A DNA stretch of 64,000 nucleotides from Rhynchobatus australiae (taxonomy: Eukaryota), in the NCBI GenBank assembly GCA_034780895.1, contig JAUZTB010000087.1:48662741-48726740 (forward strand), given 5' to 3'. The notes under the pieces are model-generated. The model did not search any database and was not told the DNA's origin. It was given only the letters and a program-made list of their open reading frames with translations. Shown here piece by piece: positions 47,961 through 60,290 of the stretch (the first letter of the stretch is position 1; each line of letters starts with the position of its first letter). The position numbers and the translations under genes are program-made.

Positions 47961-49254
47961 AACTTCCCTCCCATCTTAAACCTATCGTTGGCTCCCAAGA
48001 ATTTTTTCAGAGTATCTCCCAACCCCACAACTCTGTCACCTGGAAGGGCAGTAGGTACCTGAGAACATTATAATCACTAGGTTTTCTTTCAAGTCATGCA
48101 TAGTACCAACCTGGGTGTACATTGGTGTTTCATCAGTGATTTGATGCACTTTGAACAAGCAGCTGGAGTATAAAGGAGATCTCATTTCTTTGCATAGCCT
48201 CACTAATCTTCAGTAAAAAGGTTTCAGGTTAAGTTTTATGTTTTATGTTTACTTTTCTTTATTACACTTTATAGGTATGTATTTAATTAATTAAAGTGGT
48301 TTAATATGAGACGTTTAAAAAGTATGAGCCATGCCCTTGTTAGCGAGCCAGGAGATGGGGACTCAGGTTCCACCTCCTCAGGCTTGGTCATCGTGTGCAG
48401 CCCACTCTGCCTTAGGGGTGGCCCACCAAGTAAAGGCTCCAGTCTAGTGTGTCCTCCTGCAAAGCTGAGTGTGTTTAATGTGGTCATGAGGGTCAGGAGT
48501 AGGGGAGTTGTGAGGTGACAGAAAAGCACTGACCATGTCAAACACGATCCAGTCCATTATTGTCCTTGATTGCCATGGACACTCTTCCAGCATTTGATGC
48601 NNNNNNNNNNNNNNNNNNNNNNNNNNNNNNNNNNNNNNNNNNNNNNNNNNNNNNNNNNNNNNNNNNNNNNNNNNNNNNNNNNNNNNNNNNNNNNNNNNNN
48701 AGAGCTTCCTCCAACATATTATTTCTCGGGGCTGCCCTTACATGTTTCCATTCCTGCCAGTGATGCATCTCCAGCAGAGATTTCTTTTCTCTCTCCCACA
48801 CAGTACCTTCTGGAGATCCCCTAGATTGAATCCTTTGCCTTCACTCATGTTCTGCCCTCAGTGATGTCATCCTCTGGCACATAGAGCTGTGGTGATTATC
48901 CTGATCAGTGACCACAGGCTTTTTATTTTCATTTTACTTAAGCTGGAAAGCATAGAATTCATTTTATTCATGTGGGCTGGTGGTTTTTAAACATTTCAAT
49001 ATGTGGAAATCCTTGTGAATATTGCCACTTTCCTGAAGACCCCTTGCAAGTTATCATTTTCCCAGAGGAAAACATTTCCAGATTACATGTTTCTTTGCAT
49101 TATTGTAATAGAAGCAATTGTGCTAACTGTAACTCCATCCACCAAGCAAAAAACAGCTGAACAGACAGTTAATATTGAGCAGTAACTTACTGACTCAGAA
49201 CTTAACAAGTATGATATTGACTTACAATTTCTGCAGACAAATTGAGGTCTGATA

Positions 49255-49820
49255 GGCCTTTATTGCAAGACAATTTGAGTATAAAAAATCTTGCTCCATT
49301 TACGTATATGATGAAACCACATTTGAAATATTGTGTGTAATCCAGTCTCTATCGTAAGAAGGATATGCTTGTGATAGATGTAGGGAAATGAAAGTTCACC
49401 AGATTGACTCCTTGAATGAGGTTTGTTGTATGAGGAGATAATAAGTTTAAACAAATGTGTGGTGATCTTACTGAAGCATACAAAATTCTTAGGGTGTTTA
49501 TATTTCTCCTCGCTGGGATGTCTAGAATGAGNNNNNNNNNNNNNNNNNNNNNNNNNNNNNNNNNNNNNNNNNNNNNNCCCAGCAGGAGGAAATTTTTGGA
49601 ATTTTCTGCTCAAGAGGGCTGTGGAGACTCGGTCACTGAGTATATTCAAGAAAGCGGTTGATAAATTTTTCAATATTAAGGGAATCAAGGGATCTGGAGT
49701 TAGTGCAAGAAAGTGGCATTGAGGTAAAAGATTAACCGTGATCCTTTTGGATATTGAGGGAATTAAAGGACATGAAGTTAGTGCTAGAAAATAGCGCTGA
49801 GGTGAAGGATTAGCCATTTA
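49255..49820 (+). mobile_element. CR1 3' region with duplicated terminal segment
   Basis: 'GDLTEAYKILR' and 'gagggctgtggag...agcggttgataaattt'. Confidence 0.65.
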
Positions 49821-49856
49821 ATGGCCTTATGGTACCTGTTCAATAGCATGTTATGT

Positions 49857-51517
49857 AGAGTCAGAGAGTTATACATTTCAGAAACGGGCCCTTCGGCCCA
49901 ACATGTCCATGCCGACCAAGTTACCCAGCTGAGCTAGTCCCATTTGGCTGTATTTGGCCCATATCCTGCTGAACCTTTTCTATCCATGTACTTGTCCAAA
50001 TGTCCTTTAAACATTGTAATTGTACCCACTATTACCATTTCCTCTGGTAGCATGTTCCACATACCCACCACCTTCTGTCCCCGTTAAATCTTTCCCCTTT
50101 CACCTTAAACCCAAACCCTCCAGTTTTAGACTTCCCCACCTTGGAAAAAAGATTGTGACCATCCATCTCATTTAGGCCCCTCAGAATTCTATAAACATCT
50201 ATAAGGTCACCCCTTTGCTCCAGGATAAACAGTCTTAACCTATCCAATTCCAGCAATATTCTTGTGAATCCTCTCCACTCCCCCTCTAGCTCAATCACAT
50301 CCTTCCTACAGCGTGGTGACCAGAGTAGCACACAATACTCCAAGTACAGCTTGTACAGTTGTAACATGACGTCACCAATTCCTGTACTCAGTGCCCTGAC
50401 TGATGAAGGAAAGTGTGCCTTATGTCTTCTTCAGCACCTTGTCCAAATGTGTTGCCACTTTCAGAGAATTATGTATTGTACCCCTTTGTCTCTGTTCTAC
50501 AATACTCCCCAGGACCCTGCCATTCACTCTGGATGTCCTGCCTTGGTTTAACTTCACAAAATGCATCACTTTGTACATGTCTGAGTTAAATCCTATCTGC
50601 CATCCTTTGCCTACTTTTCCAGTTGGTCTAGATCCCGTTGTAACCTCAGACATCCTTCTTCAATGTCCACAAAACCACCAATTTTGGTGTCATCCGCTAA
50701 CTTACTAATCATGCCACCTATATTCTCATCTAAATCGTTAGTGTATACAACAAACAACAGGGGACTCAGCATGATTCCTGTGGCACACCACTGATCACAG
50801 GCCTCCATTCTAAAAAACAACCATCCACTACCACCCTCTGACTCCTAGCACCAAGCCAATTGTGTATCCAGTTAGCTAGATCATGTGATCTAACCGCCTG
50901 GATCAGCCTACAATCCAGGACCTTGTCAAAGGCCTTGCTGAAGTCCATGTGGACAGCTTCTACCATCCTGCCCTCACCTATCCGCTTGGTCACCTTTTGA
51001 AAGAAATCATTCTAACTTGTGAGGCATGATTTCTCACACACATCACCATACTGACTGCCCAAAATCAGTCCTTGCCTTTCCAAATGCAGATAGATCCTTT
51101 CTCTCAGAATCCCCTCCAGTAACTTTCCCATCACCGTTATTAATTTCACTGGCCTGTGGTTCCCTGGCTTGTTCTTGCAACCCTTCTTAAATAAAGGCAC
51201 ACCATCAGCCACCCTCCAGTCTTCTGGTATCTCACCCATGGCTAACAAAGATACAAAAATCTCTGCCACGACCTTAGCAATTTCTTCCCTTGCTTCCCAC
51301 AATGTCTCAGGGTACATTTGGTCAGGTCTTGGGGATTTATCCCCCTTTATGCACTTCAAGACGGCCAACACCTCCTCTTTCATGTCAAACTGTTTCAGGA
51401 CATCACTGTTATCTTTCCTGAGCTCTCTGGCTTCCATGATCTTCTCTATGGTAAATACAATCAAGATTCACTTCCCTGAGCTCACTAGCTTCCATGACCC
51501 TTTCCATGGTAAATACA
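49857..51517 (-). mobile_element. 5'-truncated CR1/HER1 LINE (RT to 3' end)
   Basis: 'DKSPRPDQMYPETLWEAREEIA...PEDWRVADGVPLFKKG', 'MDFSKAFDKV', 'WRPVISGVPQ', 'SKLADDTKIGG', 'LEYCVLLWSP', and CR1 tail. Confidence 0.92.
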
Positions 51518-52189
51518 GATGACTTACATCTAGAGGTTTGCCAATACCAGTAATTTGTTACAGCCAGTTTATGGAATTCTTGCTGAAGGAGTGCATGTGT
51601 GTGCACATGTGTGCCTGCAATGCCATTAAGAATGGCTGCACCATCTTCAGTATCAAGCCTTATGCATTTTGTGCTTGAGGGTCAAGTAAGTGCAAATGAA
51701 AGGACAACATGGTAATGTTTGCAGGGGGAGAGACTGGGTAATGTAAGCAGTTAACCCCCTCATCTTCTGACATCTGCCACTCTCCAATTCTTATGATTCC
51801 ATTCCTAGCCAGGCTGTGTTACACATTGCTGAATATTGAGATGTACATCGGAGAAAGTGTAAGGAAACAGATTATTGGGCAATTGAGGGCATCAGACAGA
51901 CCATGTTACATAGTAACATAATAAGCTTCTCATTATGTCCTATAGGGTTTCAGTGTAGATACTTCCCTCTTAATAGAGGGGAATGTTTGAGTAGGAATTA
52001 AAACAAGAGTGACTTGAATCCCTTGGGTTCAGGATGATCTCCCTTGCAAGCTTTATTTTTCAGTGGGCCCTCAGGTCACAGGGGAATTGATCCGAAAGGC
52101 TACAGACATCTGGCCAGATGTACAAGGTGTTAAAAGGCAGGATTAGGTTGCAGTTGTTATGAGGCTGCTTTAGGTCTTTCTTTTACTGG

Positions 52190-52445
52190 TCTTTCTTTTA
52201 CGTTTGAGACAATGATGAGACAATTTTCCTTAAAGGCTGTTAGCTCCTTGGTCAAACCTTCACCAGATAGCCTTGTCTTGAAACACTGTCTCACCGATGT
52301 GAAAAACACATCTTTTGAGGGTGTCTTTAATGCCTTTCCTCTGGCCTGATGCCACCTCCCTTCCTTGGCGAGTTGGACTTCAGCAATTATTTTGATAGGT
52401 GGGTTATCAGGCATTTGAGCATAATGTTACCTCCACCTTAGTTGG
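52190..52445 (-). mobile_element. RTE-clade LINE C-terminal fragment
   Basis: 'HYAQMPDNPPIK...QLAKEGRWHQARGKALKT' resembles the RTE 'GHV.RMPD.RLPK...L..G.R..GG..KR.KD' motif. Confidence 0.5.
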
Positions 52446-53296
52446 NNNNNNNNNNNNNNNNNNNNNNNNNNNNNNNNNNNNNNNNNNNNNNNNNNNNNNN
52501 NNNNNNNNNNNNNNNNNNNNNNNNNNNNNNNNNNNNNNNNNNNNNNNNNNNNNNNNNNNNNNNNNNNNNNNNNNNNNNNNNNNNNNNNNNNNNNNNNNNN
52601 NNNNNNNNNNNNNNNNNNNNNNNNNNNNNNNNNNNNNNNNNNNNNNNNNNNNNNNNNNNNNNNNNNNNNNNNNNNNNNNNNNNNNNNNNNNNNNNNNNNN
52701 NNNNNNNNNNNNNNNNNNNNNNNNNNNNNNNNNNNNNNNNNNNNNNNNNNNNNNNNNNNNNNNNNNNNNNNNNNNNNNNNNNNNNNNNNNNNNNNNNNNN
52801 NNNNNNNNNNNNNNNNNNNNNNNNNNNNNNNNNNNNNNNNNNNNNNNNNNNNNNNNNNNNNNNNNNNNNNNNNNNNNNNNNNNNNNNNNNNNNNNNNNNN
52901 NNNNNNNNNNNNNNNNNNNNNNNNNNNNNNNNNNNNNNNNNNNNNNNNNNNNNNNNNNNNNNNNNNNNNNNNNNNNNNNNNNNNNNNNNNNNNNNNNNNN
53001 NNNNNNNNNNNNNNNNNNNNNNNNNNNNNNNNNNNNNNNNNNNNNNNNNNNNNNNNNNNNNNNNNNNNNNNNNNNNNNNNNNNNNNNNNNNNNNNNNNNN
53101 NNNNNNNNNNNNNNNNNNNNNNNNNNNNNNNNNNNNNNNNNNNNNNNNNNNNNNNNNNNNNNNNNNNNNNNNNNNNNNNNNNNNNNNNNNNNNNNNNNNN
53201 NNNNNNNNNNNNNNNNNNNNNNNNNNNNNNNNNNNNNNNNNNNNNNNNNNNNNNNNNNNNNNNNNNNNNNNNNNNNNNNNNNNNNNNNNNNNNNNN

Positions 53297-53405
53297 TTTG
53301 GAATATGAGAGGAAACCAGAACACCAGGCAGAAACCAAGCGGTCACAGGAAGAATTTGCAAACACCATAGGAGTCTTGCACCTGAAGTCAGGATCGAAAC
53401 GAGAT
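53297..53405 (-). mobile_element. V-SINE-like fragment
   Basis: 'tttggaatatgagaggaaaccagaacacc...gtcaggatcgaa'. Confidence 0.55.
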
Positions 53406-54469
53406 CATCTGCAAATCTTGTCTTGCTAAGGGCATCAATGTCAATGTTCTCAGGTGAAAATGTTGGGTCTTTCCTCTTCAGAATCTTCTATTGTGGTCAG
53501 GCATTCCAAGTTATAAAAAAAGATTTTGCTTTTCCAATCACACTTGGAGTAGTGGCACTGGACACAGTTATTTAGTCAAAACTGCAGCTGCTAAAATTGC
53601 TTTCCTATTCAGTCCATGAAGTACACATGAACAACCATCTTTAGGTTACCACCTGTGTGGAGATGTGCGACTAGGGTCTCCCTATCACAATTCAGCTATC
53701 ATCAGGGGATTTTGAGGGTGGTAGTGGGGAGTTGGGGGAATCTTTTATTGTGAAGGGAGCCTACAAATAGCTCAATGTGAAGGAACCATTGTACACCAGC
53801 AAAAGACTTGGCGAAGGAGGTAGGATTCTCCAAGACAACCAAGAATTTTTCTTTCATCCCCAGCTTCATTCATGTGCATGGCTATTGAGAAGGTAACCCT
53901 GCTACATCTTCCCGCTTTGCCCAGCAATGTTCTAGTGCTGAACTGTGCAAGAGTCCTGATGGTATCACTCTCAGAGTCTTTGGTACGTGAAGCATTTCCA
54001 TCAAGGTGAGGTGGCAACCCAGGGTGAGAATTAAATATAATGCATGACAATGGATGGTTTAGAGTTTACAGAAACACCGCACAGCACACCTTTACATCAC
54101 TTCCATGACAACTTTCCAGTGCATCAATAGGGTGATTGATCAGCTGCCTTGCAATATAAAACACTACACTTTCAAAGGACATGGCCTGGTAATGGGATAT
54201 GTTAAATTCTCAAGCGGAAGCCTGGCAGGAAATTGAGGAGGACAGATTGACTAAGTCTGCATCTTATAGTGGATGATAATTCTGTCTACTCCCATCCCAA
54301 CTCTCTGCTATGGTCAACTTGTATTCCTGGAGGTGTCATCAAAAGACTTGTAGCATCCAATGACCTCACTTGGTCAAACAGCCTTTACCTCCGAACTTCA
54401 CTTTATTCCAGGGTTCTGTGAGTTTTCTCTTCAGAATGCTTGCAGTAAGGTAGGATGGTTAATAAAATT

Positions 54470-54641
54470 ATAGAGTCATGCGGCACAGATATAGGCCCTT
54501 TGGCCCACCCTGACTATGCTGACCATCAAATACCTATCTATACTAATTCCACTCACCAGTACTTGGTCCGTAGCTTACTCTGTCTTGGTGGTGCAAGTGC
54601 ATGTCCAGATACTTCTTAACTGTTTTGAGAGTCTTTGCCTC
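54470..54641 (-). mobile_element. CR1 3' end
   Basis: 'tagagtcatgcggcacagatataggccctttggcccacc'. Confidence 0.7.
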
Positions 54642-55619
54642 NNNNNNNNNNNNNNNNNNNNNNNNNNNNNNNNNNNNNNNNNNNNNNNNNNNNNNNNNNN
54701 NNNNNNNNNNNNNNNNNNNNNNNNNNNNNNNNNNNNNNNNNNNNNNNNNNNNNNNNNNNNNNNNNNNNNNNNNNNNNNNNNNNNNNNNNNNNNNNNNNNN
54801 NNNNNNNNNNNNNNNNNNNNNNNNNNNNNNNNNNNNNNNNNNNNNNNNNNNNNNNNNNNNNNNNNNNNNNNNNNNNNNNNNNNNNNNNNNNNNNNNNNNN
54901 NNNNNNNNNNNNNNNNNNNNNNNNNNNNNNNNNNNNNNNNNNNNNNNNNNNNNNNNNNNNNNNNNNNNNNNNNNNNNNNNGATTAATCTTTAATTCCGGG
55001 AGCCTCTCGGACAATCCTGGGAACATCGACAAACCAAGTCCTCCAAATGCCCATAACATCCACCTACATCTTTTGCATATGGAATCACCTGGTTACCCAT
55101 AACTTCTTTGGGTTGAACATGGGTCTGTATGCCTGACAACTGAGCTTGTATTCTTCTCAACATCCTACAGGCTAGCAAATTGTTGGGCATTCACTACTGA
55201 CAGCCCAGTAAGTAATTTTTTATCATTAAAATTGATTTAATAGCGAAGAGCAAATGCAGCTCCGTTAAGTGGCTTTGATTTATGACTGAGTCATGAATGC
55301 GTCATCTCCAGCAATCAATATGGGAATATTTATATTAATAAAACTCAGGGTTAATTAAATCAGATTGACTCGTGGGTAAATCAGGCAGGATGGAATAGGA
55401 GTAGGATTCCCAAACCGTTTGTTATAGGGCTAGTTAGCTCAGTTGCCTTTTACTGTCAATTTTTAAAGAGATTTTTAACAGCACTTTGGAAATATCTGGC
55501 AGAAAATAAAGTGACATCATCCCCATAGCAGTTTCCAGAATGGCTCCAGTACTATAATCTTTCATCTTGTCCTTTGTTTTCAATATTCTCGACCAGTTTG
55601 TAACCAACCTTTCCCTCAC

Positions 55620-55770
55620 AGAGAGAGTCTTGGATTTTATTCATCGCTGTTCCCAGCATCAGACAATCTCAAAGTGTTTAACAGACAATTAAATATTTTT
55701 GTAGTATAACTACTGTCGTAATGTAGGAAATGTGGTAGCCAATTTGTGCATGGCAAGTTCTCACAAGTGG
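55620..55770 (-). mobile_element. DeuSINE/L2-like tail
   Basis: 'tctcaaagtgtttaacagacaat...actgtcgtaatgtaggaaatgtggtagccaatttgtgca'. Confidence 0.5.
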
Positions 55771-55789
55771 TCTTCCTGCTAATACCTTT

Positions 55790-56230
55790 GGATTGCAGTT
55801 TTGCAAGGGCACCTTGATGTCACAGCCAGTAAAATGCTCAAGAGATCACTCTGGGAATCCAGATCTTTTCTCCATGCTTGGACCAAGGGTGCAATGAGTT
55901 CGGGAACCACATGGTCCTGGTGGGACATAAGTAGTGTGTGATTGAATAGGTTGCTGGTAATAGTGCCTGATGGTATGGTTGTTCTTTGTTTTCATCACCT
56001 TACTGATAGCTGAGAGTAGAGTAAAGATGGAGTGATTGGCTCAATACCTGCTTTTTGTGGAGAGGACATACCTAGATCATTTTCCACGTTATCAGGTGGA
56101 CATCACTGGCTGCACTGGAGGAAAGTTCGATGGGCATGCAGCTCGTCCTAGTGCATGTCAAGAGCTGTGAAATGATCAAGACCCAAAGTCTTTGCTGTAT
56201 CTAATGCACTCAGCTGTTTTTTGATGTCAC
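55790..56230 (-). mobile_element. CR1-group LINE RT fragment
   Basis: Minus 'KQLSALDTAKTLGLD...TWKMI*VCPLHKKQ...LLSAISKVM...LVQAWRKDLDS'. Confidence 0.65.
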
Positions 56231-56329
56231 CATTGAGAATGCAGATGTTTAGATCCTGTCGGGNNNNNNNNNNGGGTGGCCTGGACTCAAGGTTGAGGAC
56301 TCCGAGGGAAATTTATTTTCTATTGTGTG

Positions 56330-56840
56330 CTATTGCATCACTATTACAGATGTCACACCTTCCAGTCAATGTCCCAGGCATCGTCACCAAGTTCCATGAG
56401 TGCCCTGTTCCATCAGGACAGTCACACCGGAGGCTGTGATACAACAGCCAGTAGTCCACAGGAGGATACAAATAGACCTGGGAGTTCTCAACATTGACTC
56501 CAGTCCACATAACCTCATGATTTCAGGTTAATCATATCTTTAGGTCAAATCTCATGGTGATTGCCACCATTCACCCTCCCTCAGCTAATGAATGCTGCTA
56601 TTCTGTGTCGAACACCACTAAGAACCACTTAGGGTAACAATGGCAACGAATGCTCTCTGGGCAGGATATCGCAACATCCACCATCAGGAATGGCTCCAAA
56701 ACTCCATTATGGAATAAGCCCAAATGCAGATAGCTGCAAGACTAGGCCAGCAGCTGGTTGCAAGGGAATCAAGAAGAGGGAAAAACCTAGTTAAAACTTG
56801 TCATGGATGCACCCTGTCTTTGAAAGTGAGAGATACCATC
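56330..56840 (+). mobile_element. CR1-group LINE APE-endonuclease fragment
   Basis: Plus 'LGVLNIDSSPH...NLMVIATIHPPSANE...NALWAGYRNIHHQEWL' corresponds to the YRPP and GDFN.H motifs of LINE endonucleases. Confidence 0.6.
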
Positions 56841-56964
56841 ACGTAGTTGCACATATAAATATACAGATGAATTAAGAGCAAGGGTAGGCCATTCAGCCCC
56901 TTGTACCTGCTCTGCCATTTAGTAAGTTTGTGTCTGATCTGGTTGTAACCATCATTTATTTTTA

Positions 56965-57200
56965 GGGGCGGCACAGTAGCGTAGTGGTTAGCACAACGCT
57001 ATTACAGCACCGGCGATTGGGGTTTGATTCCGGCCACTGTCTGTAAGGAGTTTGTACGTTCTCCCGTGTCTGTGTGGGTTTCCTCCAGGTGCTCCGGTTT
57101 CCTCCCACATTTCAAAGACATACGGGTAGGTTAACATGGGTTTAAAATGGGCAGCGCAGACTTGTCAGGCCAGAAGGGCCTATTACCATGCTGTAAATAA
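56965..57200 (+). mobile_element. Young full-length V-SINE/HE1-like SINE with CR1-type tail
   Basis: A box 'tagcgtagtgg' (56977-56987), B box 'ggtttgattcc' (57021-57031), core, tail 'ggccagaagggcctattaccatgctgt', AT-rich end. Confidence 0.85.
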
Positions 57201-57489
57201 AATTTTTAAAAAATTTTAAAAATTTAGAAAAAGCATCGAGGAACATCTGATTAATGATAACACAGTTAGATATAAATAATGAATGCGAAATAGTCCGAAG
57301 GCGTTTCAAATCATTTACCTATAAAAGAAGCTTATTTTAAGGGAATGAGGAAAAAAATGAGGTAGCACAATAGAATTGTATCAAGAGAAAAGGCTATAAC
57401 ATTCTGCCAAAAAAAGGATATAAGCTTGAAGATTTAAAAATTTCAGACTGAGTAAAAGAGAACTAAGGATGAATCTAATGTCACTCTTG

Positions 57490-57750
57490 GAGTCATACAG
57501 CATGGCAACAGATGCATCAGCCCAACGCATCCATACCAACCATCAAGCACCCATCTTCACTTCAACTTTTTCTCTTTCATCCACACAAGCTCGTGATTCT
57601 TCTGCCACATACCTATGCTAGGGCAATCTAAAGAAGCAAATAAGTCTCCAACTGGCATATCTTTAGAACGTGGTGGGAAAGCTATGCATCCGTAGACAGG
57701 GCACGCAGACTGCACAAACAGCATCAAAGGTCAGGATCAAACCCAAGTCT
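57490..57750 (-). mobile_element. Degenerate V-SINE-like SINE
   Basis: 'agtcatacagcatgg...ccatcaagcacccat...aggtcaggatcaaaccc'. Confidence 0.55.
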
Positions 57751-58187
57751 AATCACTGCTGTAGATTCCATATCTCCCATAACCAACAGATGCCTCATAT
57801 CTTTATTGATTGCCTTGTTTCGATTTAAGACCCTGGTCTGAGATTGTTCAAAATCATCTATAAAATTCTGTTGTTATTTTCATTCTTCCCTGAAGTCCCT
57901 TAACTGCCAGGTGAACAGGAAAGACCTATTTTCTTTTTGTTGGTACAGACATTGCCATTTTGGGGGAGAGAGTGGTGCAGTTTCATTGTTAGAAGGAATG
58001 GAGGGGAATTGTGGGGGGGGGGGGGGATAAAGTTCTGACTGAGTATGCTTGAGATCTGGTCTCTCTCCCCAAATGGGTTTGGAGGCATACGTGCTGAGCA
58101 GATTTGAAAGGTCACTGGAATCGAACTTGAAAAGCCTTAATGGTTGCAGACAATGGCAGTGAAGTAGGAGTAATCTTAAATAATATA

Positions 58188-58443
58188 AGATTTCTATTCG
58201 TCACATGTACGTTGAAACACAGCGAGAAGCATCTTTTTGCATTGAGTGTTCTGGGGGCAGCCCGCAAGTGTCGCTACGCTTCCGGAGCCAACATCGCATG
58301 TCCACAACTTCCTAATCCTATGTCTTTGGAATGCGGGAGGAAACCCACGCAGATACGGGGATAACGTACAAACTCCTTACAGACAGTGGCCGGAATTGAA
58401 CCCAGGTTGCTGGCGCTGTAAAGCGTTATGCTAACCGCTACAC
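58188..58443 (-). mobile_element. V-SINE-headed SINE with a non-CR1 tail
   Basis: Same head/core as 56965-57120, but the tail is 'gttggctccggaagcgtagcgacacttgcgggctgccccc...tgtgtttcaacgtacatgtgacgaata'. Confidence 0.8.
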
Positions 58444-58514
58444 AATTGTGCACTGTGTCATCAGAAAGATAACATCAGCATCAAAGCAGTACTCTGCCAT
58501 GGCACAGTGGCACA

Positions 58515-58604
58515 AGCATCATCCCAGCCATGCCCTCTTCTCGATGCTGCCATCAGGCAGGAGGTACAGGAGCCTGAAGACCCACACCTCAAGGTTCAAC
58601 AACA
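58515..58604 (+). mobile_element. Rex1 C-terminal fragment
   Basis: 'HHPSHALFSMLPSGRRYRSLKTHTSRFNN'. Confidence 0.8.
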
Positions 58605-60165
58605 NNNNNNNNNNNNNNNNNNNNNNNNNNNNNNNNNNNNNNNNNNNNNNNNNNNNNNNNNNNNNNNNNNNNNNNNNNNNNNNNNNNNNNNNNNNNNNNN
58701 NNNNTGAACAATCCTCATTGAGACACAGTCTTGGCTTGAAATTGAGAACACCTTCCATTTGGTTGTGAGAAACTATATAAATGAGATAGACTTGGAACTG
58801 ATCTAGTCATTCAAAACTAGACATCCATAAGGCATGGTAGGAAAATTGCATGCCACCCTTATTTATTACCTTATTGATGTAAATCAGGAGTATGTTGTAA
58901 GGTTGACTTGCTTAGGTGTGTCCTTGTCATGCCAGGTGGCTATGTTGATGAATATTGATTCATCCTATTACATTTCATTGTTTTGTTTTTGCAGAATTTA
59001 AAGAACAAGGTGACTTGCTCATCTGTTTTAGAGGGCAGTTAGTTAGCCACATGGGTGTAGGTCTGGTGTCAATGACAGGCCAGACCAAATAATGATGAGC
59101 AAACCAAAAGGATTTTTCAAACACTCTGGTAGTTTCTTGGTTATCCGTAGAATTTATGTTAGATTTTTTCATTCCTTGTTTGCCTTATTAATTTAATTTA
59201 ATTTTCCAGTCTGCCATGGGAAGATTGGAATTTTGGTCTCTGGATTGTAAAGCCAGCGTTCTGGATTATTTGTCACAACAGTCCCATTTCCTTTGAGACC
59301 TTATTGAACTAATCCCATTGGTATGCAAACAACAGTCTCCAGTNNNNNNNNNNNNNNNNNNNNNNNNNNNNNNNNNNNNNNNNNNNNNNNNNNNNNNNNN
59401 NNNNNNNNNNNNNNNNNNNNNNNNNNNNNNNNNNNNNNNNNNNNNNNNNNNNNNNNNNNNNNNNNNNNNNNNNNNNNNNNNNNNNNNNNNNNNNNNNNNN
59501 NNNNNNNNNNNNNNNNNNNNNNNNNNNNNNNNNNNNNNNNNNNNNNNNNNNNNNNNNNNNNNNNNNNNNNNNNNNNNNNNNNNNNNNNNNNNNNNNNNNN
59601 NNNNNNNNNNNNNNNNNNNNNNNNNNNNNNNNNNNNNNNNNNNNNNNNNNNNNNNNNNNNNNNNNNNNNNNNNNNNNNNNNNNNNNNNNNNNNNNNNNNN
59701 NNNNNNNNNNNNNNNNNNNNNNNNNNNNNNNNNNNNNNNNNNNNNNNNNNNNNNNNNNNNNNNNNNNNNNNNNNNNNNNNNNNNNNNNNNNNNNNNNNNN
59801 NNNNNNNNNNNNNNNNNNNNNNNNNNNNNNNNNNNNNNNNNNNNNNNNNNNNNNNNNNNNNNNNNNNNNNNNNNNNNNNNNNNNNNNNNNNNNNNNNNNN
59901 NNNNNNNNNNNNNNNNNNNNNNNNNNNNNNNNNNNNNNNNNNNNNNNNNNNNNNNNNNNNNNNNNNNNNNNNNNNNNNNNNNNNNNNNNNNNNNNNNNNN
60001 NNNNNNNNNNNNNNNNNNNNNNNNNNNNNNNNNNNNNNNNNNNNNNNNNNNNNNNNNNNNNNNNNNNNNNNNNNNNNNNNNNNNNNNNNNNNNNNNNNNN
60101 NNNNNNNNNNNNNNNNNNNNNNNNNNNNNNNNNNNNNNNNNNNNNNNNNNNNNNNNNNNNNNNNN

Positions 60166-60290
60166 CCCAGACCTGAAATAATAATTGTCTCTTACTGCCT
60201 GACCTGCTGAATTTTTCTGGCATTTTCTGTTTTTTTTTAAATTTCATATTTACAGCATCTGCAGTGTTTGTTTTTGATTTCCAATTACTG
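60166..60290 (+). mobile_element. Penelope-like terminal fragment
   Basis: 'gacctgaaa...ctgcctgacctgctgaatttttctggcattttctgttt...cagcatctgcagt'. Confidence 0.6.

Noticed and set aside
52173-52201. Perfect 14-bp tandem duplication 'ggtctttcttttac'
   Set aside because: Ordinary slippage duplication at the end of an RTE remnant.
53860-54150. Faint Harbinger-nuclease-like peptides ('IEKVTLL', 'FQCINRVIDQL')
   Set aside because: Too short and too widely spaced to support by eye.
56965-57040. tRNA-like A and B boxes
   Set aside because: These are SINE heads that continue into SINE core and tail; there is no full cloverleaf.
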